This document shows, one piece after another, positions 42,425 through 53,349 of a stretch of 64,000 bases of DNA. The DNA is from an uncultured Gemmatimonadaceae bacterium. Its GTDB lineage: Bacteria > Gemmatimonadota > Gemmatimonadetes > Gemmatimonadales > Gemmatimonadaceae. The translations under genes and the position numbers were made by a program. Each line of letters begins with the position of its first letter. The first letter of the stretch is position 1. The DNA lies in contig CAWAGQ010000002.1 of NCBI GenBank assembly GCA_963781585.1, positions 180,241 to 244,240 of the forward strand, given 5' to 3'. Under the pieces are notes generated by a model. The model was not told the origin of the DNA. It did no database searches and worked only from the letters and a program-made list of their open reading frames with translations.

Positions 42425-44797
42425 ATGCCTGCCCGTGACTGCATGCGCCGCGCCGTCGTGATGCTGGCGGCCTGGTCCGCGATGGCAGCCGGAGGGGCGC
42501 TGCGGGTGGATGCACAAACGCGCCGCGTGCTGCTGATCGGGATCAACAAGTATCACTACAGCAGTGCGGTGACAGACGCGTGGCGCGCCCGCCTGCCGCC
42601 CGAGGCGGTGGCCACCACCCGCGGCCCCGACACCACGCGCCGCGCCGACATGCCCGATCTCGACGGCGCGGTGAGTGATGCACGCGCCATGGAGCAGCTG
42701 CTCCTGACCCGGTTCGCGTTCCTGCCCGCCAACGTACGGCACCTCTACAACGAACAGGCCACGCGCTCGGGAATCCTCGACGCCGTCCGCCAGCTCATTC
42801 GCGAGTCGCAGCCGGGCGACGTGGTGGTATTCTACTATGCCGGCCACGGCTCGCAGCGCTACAACTCGCTCGCGCCCGCGTCGGCATCGATCAACAGGTT
42901 CGACCAGACGATCGTCCCCGCCGACGCGAACCTCGGCCAGTACGACGTCCGCAACACCGAGCTCACCGCGCTCTTCGACGAGCTGCTCGCGAAGGGGGTG
43001 CAGGTCACGCTCATCTTCGACAGCTGCAACAGCGGATCTGCTGTTCGCGGCCTGGTGCCCCTCAAGGTGCGCTTCGCGCCGTTCGACCTCCGGGATGCGC
43101 GCGATCCCGCCGATCCGGAGTCGCTCACACGGCCGGGCCGCCGCAATCCGGCGCTGGTCCTCGCCGCCGCGCAGGAGAGCGAATTCGCCTGGGAGGATCC
43201 AGGCACCGGGCACGGGGCCTTCACCGCGGCCCTGCTTCGCGTGCTCCAGAGTGCGGCCACGTCGGTGAATGCGCCGGCGCAGGAGATCTTCCGCCAGGTC
43301 GAAGCGCTCCTGCGGTGGAACAGCGTTCCGCAGGTACCGGTTCTCAAGGGAACCGACGCCGACGCGGGGCGGCCGCTGTTTGGCGCGGAGAAGGGCGCTG
43401 GTGCCGGGCGACTCCTCCTCACGCTCCAGGGCATTACCGGTCCGCAGCAGGATACGGCGATTCTCGACGGCGGTGCGGCAATGGGCATCGGCGAGGGCAG
43501 CGAGCTGCGTGCGGTCGGCGTGGGGCCGGAGACGCTCCGCCTGCGCGTGGTCGGCGGGTCCGACCTGAGCACGAGCCGTGCAGTGGCGATCGCCGGCACA
43601 CTCCGCCCCACTCCGGGCGCGGCATTCGTCGTCGAGAAATGGGTGCTCCCTGCCGAGGCGAACCTGCAGGCGTGGGTTCCGGCGGCGATCGACGAGCGCG
43701 CGCTCGCGGCGGCCGCGAGACAGCTGGCGGGATTGCGCAGCGCGGGGAGCGTGGAGTGGGTCGCCGATCCGACTGCACTGCCTGACGATGGCCGGCTCCT
43801 CTACACTGTGGAGTACGATGCCGGCACGTGGAAGCTTCGCCTCCCCTCCGGATCCCTGACCGCGCTGCGCGCCCCGGCTCCGGCAGACATCCAGGCCGCC
43901 GTCGCCGCCGACGTTCGCCTGACGAGCGAGGCGCGTGCGCGGGAGGCGGGCGCGCCGGCCGCGGCACCGGGACAACCGCGACTGTTCGTGATGGTGCCGC
44001 CGACGACGAGGCTGCTGCAGGAAACCGGCCTCGCGACTCCCTCGTCTCCGGTGCGCGTGTCGCCGAGTCCCGCGGGGTGTGCCTATGCGCTGGTGGGCCG
44101 GTTGAATGACGACGGCACGGTGAGCTACGCGTGGGTACGGCCGAACGCCACCGGGCAATCGGCGACCCGCTCGCCGTTTCCGGTGCGCACGGATTGGATC
44201 TCCGAAGGCGATGACGCGGCCGGAGGGAAGCTGGGCGAGCTGGGCCGGCGGCTGGCGCGGGTGAACTACTGGTTGACGGTCCAGGACCACAACCCGAATC
44301 CGTTCCCGTATCATCTCGTGCTGCGCCGCACCGACGCCACGGCGCCCGACAAGGCAATGGCCGACACCACCCCCACGCACGGTGGTGAGCAGTACCGGCT
44401 GGTGCTGCGCCCCGATCCCACGCTCCCTGTGCAGAGCGACACGCAGTGGGTCTACATCTTCGTCATCGATCGAACCGGCCGGGGCCAGCTGCTGTTCGGT
44501 CAGTCGATGAACAAGTTCCCGCCACCGACGGCCGCGCCGGGAGCGGGTGCGACGGCGGAGGTGGTGGTGCCGAAGTCCGACTTCACCATCACATCCCCGT
44601 ACGGAATCGACACGTTCGTCCTGCTGGCGTCGAAGCGTCCGATGGGTACGCCCGAGAGCACATTCAGCTTTCCAGGCGTCGTGCTCGAGGGCGGAGCGCG
44701 TGGTGTGGAGGCACACACCGAGCCACCCCCCGCCGACTGGTCCATTCAGCGACTGGTGACGCGGAGCCTGCCGCCGGCCAGCGGCGGGAACCGCTGA
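42425..44797 (+). CDS. Exported caspase-family (C14) protease with DUF4384-like C-terminus
   Basis: Signal peptide; VLLIGINKY, FYYAGHGSQ (His), FDSCNSG (Cys), HGAFT; C-terminal WVYIFVID..G..LLF, PYGIDTFVLLAS. Confidence 0.9.
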   Translation: MPARDCMRRAVVMLAAWSAMAAGGALRVDAQTRRVLLIGINKYHYSSAVTDAWRARLPPEAVATTRGPDTTRRADMPDLDGAVSDARAMEQLLLTRFAFLPANVRHLYNEQATRSGILDAVRQLIRESQPGDVVVFYYAGHGSQRYNSLAPASASINRFDQTIVPADANLGQYDVRNTELTALFDELLAKGVQVTLIFDSCNSGSAVRGLVPLKVRFAPFDLRDARDPADPESLTRPGRRNPALVLAAAQESEFAWEDPGTGHGAFTAALLRVLQSAATSVNAPAQEIFRQVEALLRWNSVPQVPVLKGTDADAGRPLFGAEKGAGAGRLLLTLQGITGPQQDTAILDGGAAMGIGEGSELRAVGVGPETLRLRVVGGSDLSTSRAVAIAGTLRPTPGAAFVVEKWVLPAEANLQAWVPAAIDERALAAAARQLAGLRSAGSVEWVADPTALPDDGRLLYTVEYDAGTWKLRLPSGSLTALRAPAPADIQAAVAADVRLTSEARAREAGAPAAAPGQPRLFVMVPPTTRLLQETGLATPSSPVRVSPSPAGCAYALVGRLNDDGTVSYAWVRPNATGQSATRSPFPVRTDWISEGDDAAGGKLGELGRRLARVNYWLTVQDHNPNPFPYHLVLRRTDATAPDKAMADTTPTHGGEQYRLVLRPDPTLPVQSDTQWVYIFVIDRTGRGQLLFGQSMNKFPPPTAAPGAGATAEVVVPKSDFTITSPYGIDTFVLLASKRPMGTPESTFSFPGVVLEGGARGVEAHTEPPPADWSIQRLVTRSLPPASGGNR

Positions 44798-44878
44798 TCG
44801 ACCCCGGCTTCCCGCCCACGAGGATCGCCGCTCTGCCGGCGCCGTCGGCAACCCGCTGTGCCGAGCGTGGCACGGCCG

Positions 44879-46492
44879 CTACTTCTTTGCGGGCTTTCCG
44901 CCGTCCCCCGGCCCGGGCGGACGCCCGCCATCATCGCCGCCACCGTGCCCGCCCGACAGCAGGTCGGGCAGGTTGAAGATCGAGATGGAGAAATACCGGA
45001 CGGCGTGCCCGTAGGTATCGCGGGTCCGGAGAAACTTGTCGTTCGGCACGTGGTCGCCGATGGCGAGGCCGTCCAGGACCGCGTGGCGCACCATCACCGC
45101 GCCGAACCCCACCTTGACCGACCAGAGCGAAAGCGCCGCGCCTAACGCAAAGGCCCGCGGCCCGCTGCCGGCTTCGGCGACCGTCACCTCGGGGAGCCAC
45201 AAGGCGACGTTGTGCGTGCCCCGCCAGTCGAGCCACGGATACCAGGTGATGCCGAGCGTCACGCCGTAGGAGAAGCGGTCGTCGACCGTCGACGATTCGT
45301 AGACCTCGTTAGGCGACCCCGACCCGCCGGTGGCCCGTACGCCATAGGTGTGATAGATGGCGCGGGAGGCGTAGAGTGCGGAGAGCGCGAGCGTGGCGTT
45401 GAGGCGGGCCGGTGGCGGGAGGAGCGTGACGCTGAACGAATAACTGCGGTCCCCGGCCACGCGCTGGATCTCGGGATCCGACAGCGGCTGGACGCGGACC
45501 GTGACCACCCGTCCCGCGCTCGGAGAAACCCGTACCGGAGGCGACTCCCAGTGCGAGCACGCGCCGAGGACCTGGTTGGCCGTATGTTCGACCCGGTACA
45601 CCCCGGTGAGCATCGCGTCCGAATCGCGCAGAGCCGTGTCGGCACGTGCCTCGACGCGCTGCAACCCGCTGCGCAACTCGACGATGCTGATGTCCATCAG
45701 CAGGGTGTCGCTGAGCGCGGCGCGCAGTTCGGCCGCCTCGGGCTGCAGCGTGTTCAGCGTCGCCAGCACGTCGCTGGAGATGGTAAGCGCACCCGATGCC
45801 ACACCCCGCGCCTTCGCGCCGGGCGCGCTTTCCTGGCAGCTCTGGTCCGGCACTTCCAGCGTGTCGGCCATCGCCCGCGCCTGCGCCTCGACGTCGCCGA
45901 TTCGCATGCGGTCCAGCGTACGGAGCGTCAGGCCGAGCACCGCGTCAACGCCCCTGGGGCCGTGCGAGAGCTGGTCGAGTCGGAGCAGGTCGCTCTCCAC
46001 GGCCTGGCCGGTCGCGAGCGCGCGCGCCGCCACCGCCGCGCTGGCAAGCGAAACGCCTTCGGGAACCGACTCCGGGAGCGTGCTGGCGCGCCTCGCGCCC
46101 GCGGGCCCTCGCCCGCGCGGGACCACGAACGCCAGCTCGGGCAGGTACGACTTCATCATCGGAAGGAACTGGCGAATCGGTTGCGCCGTCGGCGGAGCCG
46201 GGGCGGGGTTGTCCTCGGTGGTGATGCGATACAGGGCCGTGTTCGTATTCACGACCTGGAGCCGGACCGTCGCCTGTCGGCGTACGCGCCACGTGCCGGC
46301 TTCCACGGAATCGACCAGGCGGCCATGCGCCGGCTTCGCCACGTGGACGGTCTTCGCGACCGGATCGACCTGGAGGACGACGTCCGCAGCAGTCGTCGAT
46401 GAGTCCTGAGCGCGCACTACCCGGGTGATCGTCAAGAGACACCCGGCGCAGACGGACAGGACAAGACAGAGTGTATGGCGACTGGATTGCAT
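44879..46492 (-). CDS. Secreted or outer-membrane hypothetical protein
   Basis: Signal peptide; beta domain, PRGRG linker, helical middle, amphipathic beta-strand C-terminus. Confidence 0.65.
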   Translation of the reverse strand: MQSSRHTLCLVLSVCAGCLLTITRVVRAQDSSTTAADVVLQVDPVAKTVHVAKPAHGRLVDSVEAGTWRVRRQATVRLQVVNTNTALYRITTEDNPAPAPPTAQPIRQFLPMMKSYLPELAFVVPRGRGPAGARRASTLPESVPEGVSLASAAVAARALATGQAVESDLLRLDQLSHGPRGVDAVLGLTLRTLDRMRIGDVEAQARAMADTLEVPDQSCQESAPGAKARGVASGALTISSDVLATLNTLQPEAAELRAALSDTLLMDISIVELRSGLQRVEARADTALRDSDAMLTGVYRVEHTANQVLGACSHWESPPVRVSPSAGRVVTVRVQPLSDPEIQRVAGDRSYSFSVTLLPPPARLNATLALSALYASRAIYHTYGVRATGGSGSPNEVYESSTVDDRFSYGVTLGITWYPWLDWRGTHNVALWLPEVTVAEAGSGPRAFALGAALSLWSVKVGFGAVMVRHAVLDGLAIGDHVPNDKFLRTRDTYGHAVRYFSISIFNLPDLLSGGHGGGDDGGRPPGPGDGGKPAKK

Positions 46493-46909
46493 GTTCCCGC
46501 CGAGGGTTCGGTCTGCCAAGAGGCCGGCACCACCGTCCGGCCGACTGCTGCGGCTGCCGAACGACGTTTCCAACAGGCCCGGCGCCCGCCGGCGTCAGAG
46601 TGTGCCGCAACCCGGGAGCGATTGTCAAGTGCACCGCGCCGCCACGCAGGCTCCATGCGGGACGCTGGAGTGTCATGCCCATCTTGCGTCGGCCAGTTGT
46701 CCCGCGCAGTGTGTGGCGACACCTGGACGGATTCTTTCATGGTTACGACGCAAACCGGTTCAGCGAGCGCACGGATGCATTTGGCGCTCGTTCACGGTCG
46801 GAGAGGCGATGCCCGCAGCACCTTGCGCACGGTGCTTTCTGCCGTGCGCCGTGCAAAGCAGGTCCGTCGCCACTTCAGCAAAGCGGGCATCGTGCGCAGT
46901 TGTGTGGAC

Positions 46910-49900
46910 ATGGTGCTGTCGCTCTGGTTGCCAGCCTGCTGCGTTGCTCCCGTCGCGGCCCAGGTGAGCGGGTCGTCCACCAGCGCGGCCTCACTTCGAC
47001 AGGAGGCGCAGCAGCTCTGGTTCGAGGGTAAATACAGTGAGGCAGCCGCTGCATATGGGCGGCTCGCAAGCCTGTACGCGCGTGCCGGTCGGGTCGAGGA
47101 TTTAACGTCTGCCCTGGCACAGGCCGGCGAGTCGCGCCTCATGCTCGGCCAGTACGTCCAGGCGCGCTACGATTTCCGAGCCGCATACGCCGCCGACAGC
47201 ACCCGCAACGGTGCAAAGGCCGACGCCTACGACCTTGTGCTCGTGGCGCTCTCATTCCGCGTGGCAGGTCTCGCCGACTCGGCCATGCCGGCATACGACC
47301 GCGCGCGCAGCGCCCTGCAGCGCCAAGGGGTCACCGGCTTCCTCGACGCTGCCCTGAACGAGGCGCGCATGCAGAGCCTCACGTCGCGACGTGACTCGCT
47401 CGACGCGGAGATCCGACGCCGGCACCCGGACTGGCCGATGATCCTCTGTCCTCCGCCACCGTCTGATACATCCGTCACCGAGGCGAATCGCCGGTGGTTG
47501 GCCGAATGCTGGAGGGGCGATTCTCTTCTCGCAATTGCGCGCGACTCCGTGTCGCGTGCGTTCGACGCGCTCGCTGCCGGCATTTCCGGTGCTCGCGACG
47601 ATGCCCATGACGCAACTGGGTTCTCGGAATCACGCTGTCGGAGCGCGCTGCCGCGCTCCGCGAGCGCGGTGAGGCTGAAAGCGCCCGAGCCGAGTTCCAG
47701 AAGGCTTCCCGGGCGTTCGGTCGTACGACGGCACCGTTGTTGTTGACGCGTGTGCAAACTATTGGCGACCGTGATGCGCCCACCGACCACGTGCATCTGC
47801 GGTTTGTGTGTCGTGGTGCAGGGGCTGCGCCGTGGTGCCGTGTTGGCGCGACGGAATCGTCGATTGTGCAGCTTCGTCTGCGACTGGCGAAGGAACGATT
47901 TCTCGGCGACATCGAGGGAGAAGGACTCACCCTCAGACGACTTCGCGCCGCACTGCTGGCGGTCGGCGATACCGCGGCCGTCCGCGAGGCCGCCGCCGCA
48001 ATCGGGTGGCTCCACGATCTGCAGACGGGAGGCACGGGCGTGCCGGCAACGGAAATCGCGCCAGACGAGCGCATTGCGACTCTCCTGGCGACGGGGAAGC
48101 ACTGGCTCGAGGCCGGACTTGTCGATTCCGCTCTGGTCGCTCTGGATGACGCGCAGGAGGAGCTGGAGAAGCATAAGGGCGCCGCCAACCTGACGGCGCT
48201 TGGAGGGGAAGTCTTGGGGGCAAGGGCGTTGGCGCTCCAACGAAATGGACAGGTCGAGTCTGCCATCGAACTGCTGCTGGAAGGTGAACGGCGGCTCACC
48301 CAGCAGCTCGTCCTGACGAACGACGTGGCTCCCATGGTTGCTCGAGTTCTGCTGCTTGCCGACTTGGCGGGATTGTACCATCGAGCATTGGCGAAACCGG
48401 ATCTGCTGCGCGCGACCGCGTACTACGATACGGCGTCCACCGCCATGCTGAACGCGCTCGCAATGCCGTTGCGCGACGAAGAGCGGACCGTCCTGTCGGA
48501 CCGTGTGGCGGACTTGCACGCAGACTGGGCTCTGGCGTGGCTCGGTCGAGAATCGTTCTTCGGCGAAAGCGCTCGCAGTGCGCTTGGCGCCATCGAGGAG
48601 GGACGTGTTCGTGCCTTGCAGCTCATGCGGGGCGCGGAGTGCGAGCGAGACGTGTCGGGCGCGTTCCCTTCGCTCGGTGATAAGGTAGGTGAGTACATCG
48701 GAACCCACGTCGGGCCGGGCGAAGTACTGCTTGACTACGCGCTGGCGCGAGACACCCTCCTCATCTGGATTATCAGCGGCGGCCGTACGCAAGTGGTCCG
48801 TCGAGGAGTGGACCTGCAGGCGACCGAATCGGACGTTGCCGCGGTGCGTGCCGGCATGCGACCTCGTGCCGACGCGCCGGTCGCCCCTTCGGCGGCAGGG
48901 CGGCGGACGCCATCGAGCGAGCGTGGTGTTTTGGTCGGCGTCGAGCCGGCCACAGCGGCCGAGCCGGCGCTGAATCGACTATATGACGTTCTGTTCCCGG
49001 GTCCGGTGGAGGCGGCGATGGCGGACAGTCAGCTACTGCTGATTGTTCCTGATCGCGTTCTGAATGAACTGCCGTTCGCGGCGCTCCGGTCGGACAGCAC
49101 CCGGGCGCCACTCGGGGCGACTCATCCGCTTCGCTTCGCGCCGGGCATTGCCATTCTTGGCGATGCGGTCGAGTCGGCGTTCCCCACGGCGCTCCGCCCC
49201 TGCTCGGACATCACGTCACCGGAGCGGTGTGCACCCACCCTGTCGCGCGGATCGACGAATGCCGCGGGATGGAAGGCGCGACGCCTCAACTGGAGCCAGC
49301 ATTCGCTAGTGGTCGGAGATCCGCGAATGCCGCATGTGCGCCTTCCGGGAGGAGACACACCGACGTTGCTGGATTCGCTGCCGGGGGCCCGCGCGGAAGC
49401 GCTCGAGATCGCCGCACTCCTCGGCGTCAGGCCGCTTATCGACAGTGCCGCGACGGAGGGTGCAGTCCGACGTGCGATGGCCCAAGCGCCCGTGATTCAC
49501 CTGGCTACCCATGGACTCGCCTACAGCGATTCGCACCTGGCGCGCCGTTCGTTCGTTGTCCTGGCGGCCGATGCCACGAATGACGGATTGTTGGAGGCCC
49601 GGGAGATCGCGGACGACTCAACGCTCACTCTCAGGGCGGAACTCGTGGTGCTCAGCGCCTGCGAAACCGCGTTAGGTGCTCTGAGCCGCACCGAGGGTAC
49701 GATCGGCCTTCAACGTGCGTTTCTCGCCCGTGGCGCACGTTCGCTGCTGGTCAGCCAATGGAAGGTCCCCGACGCGGCATCGAGACTGCTCATGACGGCA
49801 TTCTATCGCGCATGGCTCGACCCCGCGCGCGACACCGACAAGGCGGCGGCCCTCCGTGAGGCACAGGTCGAGGTGCGGAAGGTGTATCGAGATCCATACT

Positions 49901-49935
49901 ACTGGGCGGGCTTTCAGCTCATCGGCGCGCCATGA
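46910..49935 (+). CDS. TPR-CHAT domain protease (frameshift near 47615; start uncertain)
   Basis: TPR-like helices; IVPDRVLNELPFAAL, LVVGDP, LPGARAE, IHLATHG (His), VVLSACET (Cys), SQWKVPD, PYYWAGF. Confidence 0.88.
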
Positions 49936-49965
49936 GGCGCGCGCAGCGGTCGCCGGCGCGAAGCC

Positions 49966-52063
49966 CTACTGCCGTCGCACTGGGCGGGCGACGAGTTGAG
50001 CCAGGCTCGGATCGACAGACAGGTCGAAGCGGCTCCCCAGCGCTGATCCCGACCCGGACGGCCACAGTCTTCCGTAGTCGATGGGAGGGAACGCGGGATC
50101 GGGTGCAAGGAGCAGAGGGCCGCTCGCCGGCAGGCGGCTGGCAACTTCCGGAGGAAACAGAAACGCCGCCAAGCCGGCTCGCGCAACGGAATCGTCTGAC
50201 GCAGCAAGACGGATCAAGCGCTGCTTGGTCGCCGCCACCCGCGTCAGCGCGGCGTACGTTCCCGAACTCAGCATGAGGTCCGGCCGCAGCGTCCAGATCA
50301 CAAGCGTGTCGTTGGCGAACCCGTACACCAAGGCCGATCGGCCGTGGAGCTGGTTGGCCAACGCCCATCCATCGTTGTCCATGGGCGGCGACGCATCGGC
50401 GTCGGTTATGTCGTACGGCACCGAGCAACCTGGTCGTATCGCAGAATCTACGCTGCTGTGTTGATCCGTGGGGAGCGGCACGAACCCGCCGAGTGCCTGC
50501 CGTTCACGTGCGCCGAGGGCAGACAAAACGTACGATTCGGCGAAGCCGCTGTCGCGCGCGGCCTGACGTGCCGCTACGGCTGCCCATGCCAGCATGATCT
50601 CTTCACGGAGCAGTGTGTCGTCTTGGGAATGCAGGAGCCTGACCTCACCGGTACCGGCCAAGGCGCGAAGGTCCGGCGGGATCCTCTGGATCGCGGGCAC
50701 CAACCACAGCAGTGCGATCTCGGACCCGCGTCCGCGCCGACCATGAAGCGTGGTGAGATTCATCAGCATGGTGGTCATTTCACGACAGTCATGCCGTCCT
50801 GGCACGAACGCGGAATCAGTTCCTGGGATCCCCAGTTCACCTACTGCCTCGGCAGCGCGGTAGGCCTCCATAGCTGACTGCGTGAACACTATGGCACTGT
50901 CGATGCTGTTCGATTCGGAGAAGCGGGATGCCAATCTCACGTACACGCGCCACAGCTGCGCCGCGCCGCGCGGGTTCGATTGGAGCGGCGAGCGCTGCCT
51001 GCACGAGATACGCTGTGGTGGAGTCCGAGACGCCCATGCTTTCGTACAGCACCGCAATACGCTGTCGGGTTTGGGCCAACCCCGCTCCGCCGCTCTCTCG
51101 TTGCGCCGCCGCGAGAAGCTTGAGGTGCCGAAGTACAGTGTCAGTCGGAACGCGCTCGGACTCGATCGCCAGCATCGAGGGGAGCACGGCTTGCGCCTGC
51201 ATCCAATCGTCCTGTTGCTCATACGCCGCGAGCGCGGAGCGGTAGTGGACCAGGGCAGAGTCGATCTGCTGATCCCGCGCCAGTCCGTTTGCCAAAAGGG
51301 TGTCTGCCTCTGGGGCCAACGAGGGATCGTAGAGGCGACAAACCGCTGAGAAGAGTCGGAGGTATGGCAGCGCGTCATGCGCGCGACCACGCTCCACCAA
51401 GGGCGGGACCACGGCCTGGATGGCCAGGCTGGTGACAGCGCCAATGCCCTCAACTGACGCGCTGTCCTGGCGCGGCGGTGGGTGGGCCAGGATCTGCGCG
51501 ACCAGCGCGAGCGCCGTATCCGGCCGCAAGGTCGCTTCCGTTGCCGCGAAATCGAGGAGTTCATGCACGAGTGCGCGATCGGCCCCGCGGGCGCGCAAGG
51601 CAGCTACCACGCGCGTGTGAATCACGCGTGCAGAGTCCAGACGGTTTGCGTCCGCATACGCGTCTGCGATATGGCTCTCCTGCTCCAGAACCACGCCGGA
51701 ATCGCCAATCTGCCGGGCCACCGCAAGCGCCAGAAGGTCGTAGTGGAGAACGGAATCCAGCGCGTGGTCCAGCCAAGCGAGCCACGCGAAGGTTCGCAAC
51801 GCGTCCAATTCTCTAGGCCGGTCGCCGCGCGCTCGTGCGAGCACGAGCGCGCGTTGTGCGAGGGACCGCGCCCGCCGGTTCTCCGTCAATGCGGCCCGCC
51901 CCTCCAGTGGAGCTGCACGCCTTGTCGCCACGGCAGCGTCCAGCAGCACCGTAACGGAATCGGGTCGCGTGGTAGCGGACCCCCGTATGGCTACCTGAGC
52001 GGACGACACCGGTGACAGGACCAGTTCGGCAGTACAGAGGATCAGCGTCGCTCCCAGGAACAT
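49966..52063 (-). CDS. Exported TPR protein ending in the non-catalytic first half of a CHAT domain (frameshift near 50930)
   Basis: Signal MFLGATLILCTAELVLSPVSSA; TPR-like helices; LVYGFANDTLVIW, LAAFLFPP, LLLAPD..IDYGRL, LGSRFDLSVDPSL then stop. Confidence 0.65.
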
Positions 52064-52521
52064 ACGGCGGCGACCGCGCACGGACACTCCCGAGCCGTGC
52101 CGGTGGGCCAGCCAAGGCAACGGTCCCCCGATGCTCGACTCACAACGCATTTCTTCGGTCCCAGGCATTGCGGTTCTCAGAATGTGCTGCGTCCGGCTGT
52201 TAGCCGAATTAGCCAGTCCCAAAAGATATGGGGGCTGTACGTATCCTCCGACAGCGCGACCCCGATTCGGACGGAACCCCGACCTATGCGCCCTGTTGCA
52301 TCCAGTGTATCGCCGTGGGGTCGAACCGAGCGTGGCGGTGACGCGGGAGTGAGCGGGTAGAACGGCAACCGCACGTCGATCCCACTGCCCTTGCCAAGGC
52401 TCTCCGTCCTTGAGCGATTAGTTGGGACGCTCCGGAGGTCGCGCGGGAACGCCAGTCGCGCCGGTAGCGGGAAGAGCGGCCGCATCACACGTTATCGGGC
52501 TCCCCACTCGTCCGCGAACAC

Positions 52522-53228
52522 GTGACTGCAAAGGCCAATCCCACCACACGCCGTCTCATTCGCCTCGTCAGGCAGCTCCGCGCGCTCCATGGCGCGCCGG
52601 TCCCGCCCCCGACGCGCGATCCGTATCGGCTGCTGCTCTGGGAGCAGGTCGGGTACCTGGCGGACGACGCCACGCGCTTGGCGGCCTGGCGATGCTCGAG
52701 GAACGGGTCGGTACAAGGCCCGAGGAGATCCTCTCCGCGTCCACCGGCGCGCTGCGAGCCGTCGCACGGCGCGGAGGGTCGATTGCCGTGGCGCAGCGCG
52801 CTGAGCGATTGCGCACCGTAGCCCGGCGAGTCCGGGACGTATGGAAAGGCACGCTGCGCGCCGCGGTGCGTCAGCCGCTCGATCAGGCCCGCCGCGAACT
52901 GGCAAAGTATCCATCCGTCGGCGTCCCTGGTGCCGAGCGGATTCTGCTCCTGAGCGGCGCGCACCCCGTTCCTGGTCTCGACTCGAATGCACTGCGCGTA
53001 CTCCAGCGTCTTGGCTACGGACGCGAGTATCCGCAGTGGGGGCGGACGTATCGCAGCGTTCAGGAGGCCGCCGAGCGTGAGCTCCCGCGTACCGTGCCTG
53101 CGCGGCGATTAGCCTATCTGCTGCTCCGATACCATGGTCAGACGCTGTGTCGTCGCTCCGCGCCGCTGTGCGAGGCCTGCCCGCTGCGGCCGGACTGTCC
53201 GACCGGTTCGGCGGGTGGCGCCGGCTGA
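52522..53228 (+). CDS. HhH-GPD endonuclease III-like DNA glycosylase (frameshift near 52690)
   Basis: YPSVGVPGAERILL, LDSNALRVLQRLG, 4Fe-4S motif CRRSAPLCEACPLRPDC. Confidence 0.8.
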
Positions 53229-53349
53229 CGGGAGCATGCAGGGCTGGCCGGAGCTCACGCCCAGTACCGCAGAAGAGGTTTGTCCGCGCGCGTAGCGAGC
53301 GCGCGTCCGCAGGCCTACATTCTGCCGACGTGATCCATACCGCGGCGGG

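Noticed and set aside
42422..44851. 809-aa minus-strand ORF and similar long Arg/Pro-rich overlapping ORFs across the window
   Set aside because: Antisense or off-frame shadows expected at high GC; no recognisable motifs
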